The position numbers and the translations under genes are program-made. A stretch of 64,000 bases of DNA from Camelus dromedarius. Taxonomy: Eukaryota. This document shows, one piece after another, positions 53,092-64,000 of this stretch; the first letter of the stretch is position 1, and the number at the start of each line of letters is the position of its first letter. Location: contig NC_087437.1 of NCBI RefSeq assembly GCF_036321535.1, positions 28,584,001 through 28,648,000 on the forward strand, read 5' to 3'. Under the pieces are notes generated by a model. The model was not told the origin of the DNA and made no database searches. It saw nothing but the letters and a program-made list of their open reading frames with translations.

Positions 53092-54334
53092 TAGTAATGC
53101 ATTGGAGCCAGCTTGCAAGAGCCAAATAAATTTTCAAGAATTTTGCCAGCTGGTCATTAAACAGCCATTATTAAAAATTAAATAATATAAATAGAGTTAA
53201 ATAAATTATACTAGAAGCCATAAAGCTAATAAATGCTTAAAAGAGATAAATTTCTAATTATTTTACCGTCATTTACTGCCATCCATGCCCTTGAGGTTAT
53301 GTACATCTATTGTATCTGTATGGTGATGAGTGTTGTTCTGAGACCCATTTTCCAGTGTGGTGAGGGTATAATTCCCCATGCCACTAACAATCCTTTGACA
53401 CCAGCAGGGTGTCCTAAAATTCAACTCAATTCTATTTATCTGGAGATAGTATCAGGTTCCACAAGTTAAGGGCTCAGTCCTGTAAGACAGCTTCCTCTCC
53501 AGCCCCCCACTTCAGACGCCAGCCTCAAGCCCAGGTTATTACCTGTGCTTCTGACCAATTGGCTATAAAGCAGAGGTTCCCACAACCCCCTCCTTAGGTT
53601 TGATTAATTTGCTAGAGAGGCTCACAAAACTTACTATATTACCAGTTGATTATAAAATGATGTAATTTAGGAACAGCAGATGTAAGAGATGCAGGTGGCT
53701 AGGCAACGGGAGTGGTCCTGGAACTTCCCTGCCCTCTCCAGGCACACCATGCTTCTTGAATCTCCACATGTTCACCAACCCAGAAGTTTTCTGAACCCAT
53801 TCCTTTTGGGTTTTTGTGGCAGTATCATTATATATAGTCCTAATTAATTAAATCATTGGCCATGGGTGATTGAGTCAGCCTCTAGGCCCTCTCCCCTCTC
53901 CAGAGGTAGAAGTGGGTGGGGAGTGAGGGGGCAGAAGTGAAAGTTCTAACCCTCTAATCACAGGGTTGGTTCTTCTGTCAACCAGCCCCCATCTCTAGGC
54001 AGGTCTAGAAGTCACCTTATTAACATAACGAGAGACACCTTTATTTCTCTCTTCCTGAAATCTCAAGGGTTTTAGAAGCTCTGTGCCAGAAACAGAAGAC
54101 AAAGACCAAATGTGTATTTCTTTTATACGTCACAGTATCACAGGTGAAAATAATATATCATGGAAGCTATATAATGATGAGCTGCTCTGCCTCTCTTCCC
54201 AATTCTGTATTTTGTGATGTCCCATTTAACACTGGTCATGGAGAGAATATTTACACCATGGAAGTTGACAAATACTAAAATGTGGGCCTTTTTTCCTGGA
54301 AAGTAGGTTGTAAACATTTACCAGCACACTTCTG
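53092..54334. mobile_element. MER63-like hAT DNA transposon, split by an LTR
   Basis: cagccattattaaaaattaaa, cttgaggttatgtacatctattgtatctgtatggtg, ends taaacatttaccagcacacttctg. Confidence 0.75.
53327..54142 (-). mobile_element. MER21-like solo LTR
   Basis: Minus strand start TGTGATACTGTGA; perfect 5-bp TSD GGTGA (53322-53326 and 54143-54147). Confidence 0.85.
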
Positions 54335-55029
54335 TCTTATATTAAAATCTTTTTAATAGTTTGCTATATTAACACTGGCCTGTATTGAGATCGGGGTAGG
54401 GACAAATTCAGTATGTTTCACTAAAATTAAAATCACATGCAGAAAGTTAACCAGTGAACACATTAGAAGAGGGAGGGAATTGTTCTTCCTCAGTTCACGC
54501 CTTGCAACAACTCTCATGGGACCACCAGTGACACCAGCCAGATATTTCAGCTCTGAGCTAGAGAAATAAACTTTTTGTGACTAATCTTTTGGAGAGATAG
54601 GCGAGGAAAGAGACAGTTCCATGTTGTCCCCAAAGACTCAGAAGTTTGTTATGTCCCTTTGAGCTTGTCACACTCATCAAAAAAGAAAAAGGTACTTAAA
54701 AAAAAAATTCTGCCTCACCGGTTGTCACTCTTTGGAGGTAAGAAGATGAGACATTTTGGGGAGAATAAAGACACAACATTAAGCAGAAAATCAAGGCAAT
54801 GTTGTGGGAATCAGTTTAAAAAGTGATTTATAATTCCTTTTCTGTATCTAGTATTTCAGTGAGCTTATTAAATTAAAGCTAATTATATTTTTTCACCTTA
54901 AGTGGTTTTTCTTTTGTTGTCTGCAATTGTGTGTAAACCTCCTGCCACACTCTCTGGAGTCTGAGACAGTGCTGAGAGATCAGTAGGGGAAGGGAGTTTG
55001 ACAGCATCCTCTTTTGGCAAAGCTGTAGG

Positions 55030-55620
55030 GGAGCCCACCTTCTTCATTGCTGAAAGGAGTATGAATTAGTATGACCTTTACAAAGGACAATTGGATAAAT
55101 TTATCAAATTTGCACATGCATAGAGCCTTTGACCCAGCAATTCTATTTCTGTAATATATTCTACAGATATGCTTGCATATATGCTAAATGCTATAGGTTC
55201 AAATTTATTCATTGTAACATTTTTGCATAATAGCAAAGATTTTAGTTGGTTAGACTCAACTCAAAAATCTTTCAACAGGGAATGGCTAAATAAATTATGG
55301 CTTATTTTTATAGTGGAGAGCTATGTATTTGTTAAAAAAAATCCGAGAAACTATATAGCAGAAAAAAATGTTTCAGAGCAGTATGTATAGTATACTTTCT
55401 GTGTAAAATAAGGAAAAATAAAAATCTATATTTGTATCTTACTGAATATGCATAACCCTGGAAAGATCTATAGAATCTGAGAATAGAGATTTCTATGTGG
55501 AGGGAAGGAGGTTCTGGCTAGATGAGGAACCAGGTTGGAAGGAAAGAAACATTTTTTTAAACTTTTAATCTTTTATAGTTATTCAATTTTTTTGAGCCAT
55601 AAGAACATAACTAATTAAGC
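55030..55620 (+). mobile_element. Old L1ME-like 3' fragment
   Basis: ctttgacccagcaattctatttctg, gggaatggctaaataaattatgg. Confidence 0.7.
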
Positions 55621-56171
55621 ATTTTTAAAATCTTAAATCCATACACATGGCTTGCAATGCTTAAACAGAAAGAAACTTGCCCTCCGTCAGCGGAGATATT
55701 ATTTGACCTGATTTGATAACAATTCTAGCTGTGAGATGAAAGGACCACATGTGGAGAAGTGAGGACTTAAGGGATTCAACAGAGGAGAGTGAGGCACTGA
55801 GCAACTAGCAAGAGCAGGGTACCAGAACCAGTGCTAGGTTGGGTCGAAGGGGTAAAGGGGGCGGAGCCATCAGGAAGCTAACGCAGGGACAACTGTAGAA
55901 AGCAGCTCATGCCAGAAACAGGGGGGCAATAGCAAAAATAAGTCACATCCCCACCTTTCTATCCTCCCACTCATAATCTCCTGCTAGTGCCAAATAGAAA
56001 CCAGGGAACAAGGGAGCCTGGGACGCACTCTTCTTAGTGCTCATCTTCCTGGGGACAAAGGATGGCAGAGAAGGGTAAAGAATAAATCCAGGCAACAAAG
56101 GTAAATTGACCAGTACAGGATATTAGGATGACAATTTGCTTCGTGGATGTGTGTGTAAATCCATCCGTGTG

Positions 56172-56692
56172 TGTTATATAAATGAGCTAAGATGGCCCCT
56201 GTATATTGCCTCTTAACGTTGTTTGCCTCTTCACAGCAGGCAAGGATCGTTAGCTCAAATCTTGCCAGCACCCAACTCCAGTTCTTACACATCCAATTGC
56301 TTTAAATATGGCACAAGGAAGCATATTTACAGCTATTTAGAGACTGGCTGTCTTGTACACCCTTGTAAGACTGCATTTATCTATCTGCTAGTTATAGATA
56401 AGACAAACCCTGGGGCTATAGAAGAACAAAAACACTAGTTGCCCCTTGGAACTCTCTGACCCACTTTGGGGCTAAGTGACATCATCGAGACACGGAAGTC
56501 TCTGATCCCATTATTCCTAGGGTTACCTAGCCCTCTTCCCTTCTGAGTGATAGCCCCACCCTGTTGTCTCTGGAAGGACCTCCCCGTCGTGCACCCTGTC
56601 AAAGGACCACTTAACACTGCCACCCCCGGTTATGATCGGTCCCGAAACCCTCTGACTCATCACAGAGTGTGCACACCTGGACAACTACTTAA
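56172..56692 (+). mobile_element. MER74-like ERVL LTR
   Basis: atgagctaagatggcccctg, ttacacatccaattg, atagataagacaaaccctggggctata. Confidence 0.7.
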
Positions 56693-58339
56693 TGCAGTAA
56701 ATATAAGTGAGTAGCCGGTATTCAGGTAATCTTCCATACATTTTTCTATTTAGTTCTTAAAATAACTCTGTAGATGAAGTTCTACTGTCCCCACTCAAAA
56801 GTTAAATGTTTTGTCCAAGGTCTGAAGGCCATGGTGAAGCCAGGATACAAACTTAGGCAAACTTCTGACTTTAAATCTTAATTTTTACTCTGTACTGTAC
56901 ATATGATTCTTTTTTAATCCCCTGAACGCCCTCATTTTTCTTATTCCTCCATTTTTGCCTAGTGCACAATATTTATTATTTATCATTTTTTCCTCTTTCA
57001 AGGAAGACAATAAGATGATATGCTCAGAGGTCCACCTAATGCCCAGAGTTCAGCAGATTCACAAAAAAAGCAGCTCTCTGAATCTTGTTTCTAGCCATGC
57101 GATATAACTATATTTTTTCAACTTTTCACCTCTTTTAAAATTATTTATTATTTTTATTGAAGTTTAATTAAAATTTTTTCTACTCTAAAACCCCTTAGAT
57201 ATGTTGTGTAAAATATAATAAACTTGTTTTTCAGTGCAAAGCTTGGCTCATAAAACAGAGAAGAACAAGACTAGGGAATAAGAAAGAAAGTAGGATGCCA
57301 TTAACACTTGAGAACATCCCTGCTGTGTGTATCTTCCAATCTCTATGTCTCACAGCTTTGGCTTTTTGCAGCTATGCACAGGACAGAAAATTAAGTCTTA
57401 GGGCACTCAAAACAGGGATTTGGAACTGAGGCCCATATAAACTTGACAGCCATGAAAAGATTACATTCTCATTACATGATCGACTTGTAAAATGTACTTA
57501 CCAGCGAAGAGAAATGATAAAGAAATTCATCAGTCTTATTCATCTAGGTAGAAGCAATGTGGGAGATTAGGATTCATTTTTCACTTGCCTGCATGGTCCA
57601 GGGAACTCGAACTAGATGAGAAAATGTATGTTGTTCCATATTGGTAGCAACCCAGACAGCTGGTAGAAGTAAAAGCAAATACTCTCAGGAGAGATGCTCA
57701 GTTATCAGAGATCTCATTGAATTCCCACTTATAAAGCCTAGTCATTCATGAGTCCACAATCAGAAATTACAAAACATATAAGGAATAAGGTCACAATGAA
57801 CAAGAGCCAGTAAAACACAGATAAAGTCAAGCTTGATCCCCAAGTGCCTTGGTTATTCAAATTACTGGATGTAGAATTATACATACACACACATACACAA
57901 TTATTGGATAGAAAATAATACAATGTGTTTAAGATTTCCAGAAAATGAGCGTGCCATCCAACTCTTGATTTGTTGCCAAATAGATATAGAGGAGATTTTT
58001 GTCATTTACTCTTCTGGTGACTAACTGGAATGTGCCTTCTTTTTAGTGCCATAGTGAGGGACAAAAATGAAAAATGTTAAAACAAAGGGAAGCCTTTGAA
58101 ACTGAAAATTATGATACTAACCCTCAGAGATAATTTTAACACAAGAAATAGGAAACTTCTGCCTAGTCTCTTGGCTTGCCTGGCCTCATTTTTTTTTTTT
58201 TTCTGTCTGTAAAATAAAAATTTCGGATCATACAGTGGGTAAGGGAGAAAATGCTTTTTCTCCTCTCTTGCTTTCCTTGGCAGTCTTATAAAAGAAGCTA
58301 CTGCTACTTCTGAGAATTCTGCTGGTTTTCATGGTGGTA

Positions 58340-58630
58340 AAGTTAACAAGTTCCCAAATAAAAATAGACAAATCCAGCTCTATCTTGCTAATAGGAAATG
58401 ATCTCCAAGATACATTGTTAAGTGAAAAAAAAAACCTCAAGATCCAGAAAGTGTGTAAATGCCCCATTTGTGTAAAAAAAAATATCTGCATAGAATATTC
58501 ATACAGGAATATGTAAAAACGTATAATTGTCTGAAGGAAAATGCAAGTGAGTTTGGGGGATCTGGAGATGGAGTATAACATACATGAATGTGGTATTTCA
58601 ACTTTATAAACCTGGTTATTGAAAAATAAA
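58340..58630 (+). mobile_element. Old L1ME-like 3' fragment
   Basis: gatctccaagatacattgttaagtgaaaaaa. Confidence 0.55.
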
Positions 58631-59479
58631 CATATTCCTTCATTAGCCAGGATACCATCTTTAGTTATTGATTACACATTATTTATCATACATTTAAGCA
58701 ATATCTAGCATGTAGAGTGCATAATGTAGCAAGCGTATGTTTGTTTAGGTTTGACTCCTGGTTCCATGATTCTTTAGCTTTATGAGTTTGGGCAAGTTCT
58801 TTTATCTCTCCATGCCTTGGTTTCCCCTTCCATTTATTTATTGAGCATTTCCCAATACTCAAGACATAGTGTTGGGAAGTGTATCCTCTGGACATGAAAA
58901 TAAAACACGCACTTTGTTTATAACATCATACTGATACTTCCTTTGAAGTTGCAAGTGACTGAAATCTTTCAGTACTATGAGGTAACAGAGACTTGGCTTC
59001 CAGAGAATTCTTATTTAGTCTATTACAGTAAGAAATATGACAAATTACCAAATAGACCAAAATACCAGACTTCACTGATCACCACAATTTCTTCCTGGAA
59101 GACTGATTGACATTTGAAGCCAAATTCTAACAGAATGTGCAGCTTGCAAAGCACATCTTCTGAACACAGGGAGTGGAGTGATTTTTAAGCACATGACTAC
59201 CTCTCCTTGGTGGAGAATATACTGCGACTTTCCATAACTAGTCGCCAGATTTGGAGACCAATGGGTCAGATTTAATTGTAGGCTTTTTAATTGTTGTTGT
59301 TGTTTTACAATTAGGCTTTAGTTAAAAATTGTTACTTGGCTTTAGTTAAACAATTGTTAATTGTTTGTTAATAATATTTATTTTGCCCTAGATTAGGCAT
59401 GCCAATATCCTCAGATATTTCCTATCATTACTCTGAAGATCTAGGTAGGTTTTTCAATAATCTTGACATTTTTTAGATA

Positions 59480-60002
59480 TCTGCACCCATTTACTATGGC
59501 TGCATGCCAAATTCCCATTATTAAGTGGCTTAAAACAATACAAATGTATTATCTCACAGTTTCTTTGCTATAGAAGCTTAGGTAGAGGTGAGCAGGGACT
59601 TCTGCTCAGATTTTCACTGGGTTGACATCAAACTGTCTGTTGGAGCTGCCATCTCATCTGAGGCTCAGAGGGATCCTCTTCCAAGTTCCCTGGTTGTTGG
59701 CAGAATGCATTTCCTCGTGATTGTGAGACTGAGGTCCTCAGTTCCTTAAGGCTGCCCACCATTCCCTGCCATGTGGCTCTCCCCACAAGATAGCAGTTTG
59801 TTTCTTCAAAGCCAGCAAGAGAGCATCTGTTGCTGCTTGGAATAGCTCTCCCCAGCTGTCACAATGGAGTCTTGCAGAACTTAATCCAAACAAAGGACTG
59901 GCTACCCTTCATATGGCCCACACATACAGAGTGGACACCATACTGGGCTATGCATCAGGGGATGGAAGTCTTGGGAGCCAGCTCAGAATTCTGCCTGCCA
60001 CA
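59480..60002 (-). mobile_element. MaLR LTR (MLT1D/E-like)
   Basis: gtggcttaaaacaatacaaatgtattatctcacagtttct...cagaattctgcctgccaca. Confidence 0.8.
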
Positions 60003-61604
60003 CTATTTACTGGTTACTATAAGGGTGAGAGGTGAGGAAGGCTGTATTTCAGTTGGGTTGTAGATGCACTGAAGCATAATATGAATGTAAATTCTGGTGT
60101 GTCTATCGGTTTTTCACCCCCAAATTTTCCCTACTGCAATTTGATCTTTCCACAGTGGGAAAACATGACTTTAAATTTGGATTTGTTGAATTAGAATTAA
60201 GAGGTGCTATGAATTTACATAGGAGATACAATACTGCTGAAGGGTCCTAGTATACTACTTTTCAGGGTAAAAAAATAGCTGGTTATCTATAGAAATTCCT
60301 TTTATCGGGGTTCAGATTAACAAATTATGGTAATTGTGAGTGAGAAATAGTAACAGTTGCCAGCTGACTGTCCATTATCTCAGGGGCCCTACACTCATTA
60401 TTTCCTCCAATATTTCCTATGAGGAAATTGAAGCTCAATTAATGTTAATAATACATAAATATTAAAATGTTAAAAATTAATTAATGTTGATTTATTGTTC
60501 AATACCCACAGCTAATAAGTCTCAGAGCTAGGGTTTCAAATCTAGCCCCATTCAAGTTCAAAGACTATATACCCTCATTTCTACACTGTTACCAAAACTA
60601 ACAGCCTGCGAAATTCCCACTTAGCTTGTCCACAAACATTTATTGAGGGCCAGCTCTGTGCAGACATGGTGTGAATCAAAGGAAATTCAGTGGGAACAAG
60701 AATTAACACGGTCTCCATCCTCCAGAACAAGAACTCAAGCTTCCACTACAGCCTGAGATCATACATTTTCTTTACAGCAAATAAAGAGCTTTTTATGTTA
60801 TTAGTAATTATTAATACTAATTAGTAATGTTAGTAATTCTGTTCTATACTGAATACAGTAAGTGTGCTTGGGTTTCTGATACAGTGAATCTAAATAAACT
60901 GTTTCTAACTATAATAGAAAACTATAAAAATTTTCTTGCAATTTCTATTTTAAAAGGAGTTCATAAATTCTGTGTGTGTATGCATGTGCACTTTGCCTTG
61001 AGAAAAAATAACCTGTTAGTGAAAAATTAGCATTAACCATCAAAAAAATTTTAAAACTATGGCTTAATGTTTGACTTATAAGCTTGCATTGTTCTCACAT
61101 AGCATGTATCTTTGAACTGAGCAGTGTTAACCAGTTACCTGACTGAGCATGTGCTCTGGGCATGAACAAAGAGGGGCGCTAAACACACAAACCAATGAAT
61201 AGACTGATAAATACGGGAGAGTGCGAGCAAGAGAGAGACGGGGAGAAACAGACTGAGATTGAGGTTGAGTTAGCTTCAAAAAATTGATTCAGAATTTTGA
61301 AAACAAATCTAGAAAAAAAAAAGATTTACTATCTATGTACAGGTACATTTTATTTAACTGTATATGTACACACATAAAGGAGAAAATCAAGTGTACCATA
61401 ATGTTTTCAGTGATTTGGAGTCTCTAAAAACCCTAATACAGTCGGTCTTATTTTGGATCAACTATTTAACACCTTCATTTCCCTTTTTGTAGACTACCAT
61501 GAAGACAGAAGGACTTTTGAAGTGAACTAGTGCATCCCCTTTGTACAGCACAGAAATAAAAATGTTTAACTATAAATTCTTTGGTGAATTACAGAGAAAC
61601 AACT

Positions 61605-61637
61605 ATTGCCACCTAGTGGTGGCAATGCAAACTGCAA
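61605..61637 (-). promoter_or_regulatory. Predicted CTCF site with upstream motif
   Basis: Minus strand TTGCAGTTTGCATTGCCACCACTAGGTGGCAAT: core CCACTAGGTGGCA fits CCASYAGRKGGCR and TGCAG lies at upstream-motif spacing. Confidence 0.65.
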
Positions 61638-61970
61638 TAGGGTTTCATTTTCTTAACAGGCCTCTGCAACTTTTACAGCACATTGCAGTACAGAAAAATG
61701 GTATCAGTTTAATATGCAAATGACATTAAAACAAAAAAATTGGTAATGATAAATATGAAAACATAATTAATATCAGCAATGCACTTTTATATAATTATCG
61801 AACTTGTTAAAACTTTATGCCTCATTTTAATACCTGATGCTAAACAGTTCTGATAAACATTTCCATGGTGCTACTTCAATTATAACAAAAGCATAATATA
61901 ACATGAGAAAATTATTTTTATGGCTTTAAATAGGTTTTTAAATTACATTGGAAAAATCTACTATATATGC

Positions 61971-62017
61971 TTTGAGTTTACTACATTTTGAGTTTACTAC
62001 ACTTTGAGTTTACTATG
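61971..62017. repeat. 16-bp tandem repeat, 3 copies
   Basis: TTTGAGTTTACTACAT / TTTGAGTTTACTACAC / TTTGAGTTTACTATG. Confidence 0.9.
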
Positions 62018-62116
62018 AAATAAAATCTGAATACTTGATAGTGGCTTTGTAATTATTTTTTGTTTATGTGTTTAAATATTCCATCAATTTTACTTTCTCT
62101 TGGGAATTGTATTTAA

Positions 62117-62262
62117 TTAAAAAAATTTTTTGAGGTGTAGTTGGTTTACAATGTTGTGTTAATTATGTGTACAGCATAGTGATTCAGTTATATGTATGTA
62201 TATATATATTCCTTTTCATATTCTTTTTCAGTTTAGGCTATTACAAGGTATTGGCTATAGTT
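62117..62262 (-). mobile_element. 5'-truncated L1 3' end
   Basis: ttgaggtgtagttggtttacaatgttgtgtta...; 16-bp TSD TGGGAATTRTATTTAA (62101-62116 and 62263-62278, one mismatch). Confidence 0.85.
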
Positions 62263-64000
62263 TGGGAATTATATTTAAAAAGTTTAGTTAAAACTGATGT
62301 TTATTGGATAATTGAAGATGAGTTATCACAATGTCAAAGTTAGGTAATCAGTCAGTATAACGGTTTAATGGGGATGTGAGAATCATTAATATTCAGGAGA
62401 TGCCCTCTAGAGAGACAGCACATATAGTCGCCTACCTAGTGGAATACGTAGGTTTCTCAAATTATTGCTCTGTCATATTGCCAAATTCCACTGTGTAAGA
62501 ATGTCAAGTCATTGTTTTCCCAGTTACAGTGAAAGTTACTCTTTAAGATGACTGACTATATTATGTTTCTGTTCACCTTACTGACATCAGTGATCTTTGG
62601 AAAATCTTGATTCAGAGAAGTATTATAAATATTCAGAGAAGAAAGCTAGTCCTGGCTGTGGGGCCCTGAGGGCAGGGCCAGGTGCGGCAGGAAGCACCCA
62701 GGGTGAGGCTGCTCCTTCTCTCCTGCCGAACTCCGAGGGGAACCCAAGTGAAGGGGGGAAATTTGAGAGATCATTTACCTCCTATGCTATGTTGATGGTC
62801 CAAGACTAGGATTTAGAGTCAAAAGACCTCCATGTTTTGGTTCTATAACCATAACTGGGTTTTCAATTAATCTTATAATATAAGCCTTGGTTTATTTATT
62901 TATAAAGTGGATATATTGAAAGCATGCACAACTGATAGCTCACATAATAGCCAAGCCTTCCCATTAGTCCTTGTAAGTTTTCTATAATTAGACTATATGT
63001 TGCTATAATTAGTCTTAGCTAGTTATGTCCCACTGGCTTAGGTGGAGCAATACAGGAGAATTACATGGTTGGAAAGAGAGATTTTAATTTTTTTAAAAGG
63101 CATAAACTTGAGTGTATTTAAACACAAATGCTCACAAGATGAAGACATTGACATTTACCTCCCATAAGTCAACACTGATTTCTGAGGATAATTTATCTGA
63201 TACAGAGCAAGCTGGAAAGGTTTTCCAATTTATTGTTTTATCTTTTAAGCCAAGACTATGTCTGTAGGAGAGGCCATTAGTGTTCATCAAATACCCATTT
63301 TCTCCTCAATGTTTCCCACCTGCTCTTTCTGTGGGGTGGGTCCCTGTGACCAGTTCTTTAGTGAATGGACTGTAAGAAGTGACATATTCTTCCAGACAAA
63401 GAAAATTAACAGCCAGTGTGGCTCCAACATTTTTCTCCTCCCTGTCACAGGGACTTTGTGTTCCCAATGGTATAATAAGGCTAACAGCATACCATATCAT
63501 CCTCTCATATCATATATTCTATAGAATTCATAATTATATCTTATATAGATATACTATATATAAAATATAATATAATATCCATAATAAGGAGAAAGACTAC
63601 CTGATTATTATGAACCATGATTGTGACATAAAAGAGAAATTTTTACTATAAGTCATCAGGATGTTAAACTTTTTTGGCAATTAGTGTTAATAACTCTGAC
63701 TAGTACAGTATTTTAGGGTCAGAACAAAAAATTCAGCAAATATTTCACAGTCTCTTGTCTGTTCCCGATGAATGGAAGGCATATTTTAAAAATGGAAAAG
63801 ACAACTTTTATCAGAATAAATAAATGTGTAGGAGAGATCTCATCCTTGATTAGAGAAAATTAAAACCTAATGATGCCAATTGATCAAAATGTATTTGAAG
63901 CATTTGCTCAGGAAGTCATAAGCTTTCCATATCTGAAAGACACTGGGGTTTAAAAACTCATTTTTTTCATAAGTAATTTATAGTTTTTTCCTCTCCGGGT

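Noticed and set aside
61971..62017. CRISPR-like array
   Set aside because: Three contiguous 16-mers without spacers, in eukaryotic DNA.

Overview
Mammalian, repeat-rich genomic DNA, most likely camelid (inferred from a vic-1-type tRNA SINE and a camelid-type L1 3' end). I found no intact protein-coding gene; the ORF track consists of fragments of decayed retroviral genes, a pseudogene and chance frames. The main structure is a 13.7 kb nested class I (gammaretrovirus-like) ERV complex at 3288-17006 bounded by one GAAG target-site duplication (TSD). Its backbone is a tandem, internally deleted provirus with a tRNA-His primer site (LTR, internal unit 1, partial LTR, internal unit 2, LTR). The gag of unit 2 received two insertions about 10 bp apart: a solo LTR and an inverted 5.6 kb ERV copy. 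The inverted copy has the hallmarks of an L1-mediated processed retrocopy: truncated LTRs consistent with R-U5...U3-R, a decayed poly(A) tail, a 12-bp TSD and a TCTT/AA endonuclease site. It carries another solo LTR. The two tandem units show patchwork identity suggestive of gene conversion. The rest of the window has an FKBP8 processed pseudogene (22276-23830, minus), many old L1/L2/MIR/MaLR/ERVL/hAT repeats, a strong CTCF motif, a candidate ARE/E-box enhancer and some candidate non-coding exons. Repeat family names are recalled from consensus sequences rather than searched, and old-repeat boundaries are approximate.
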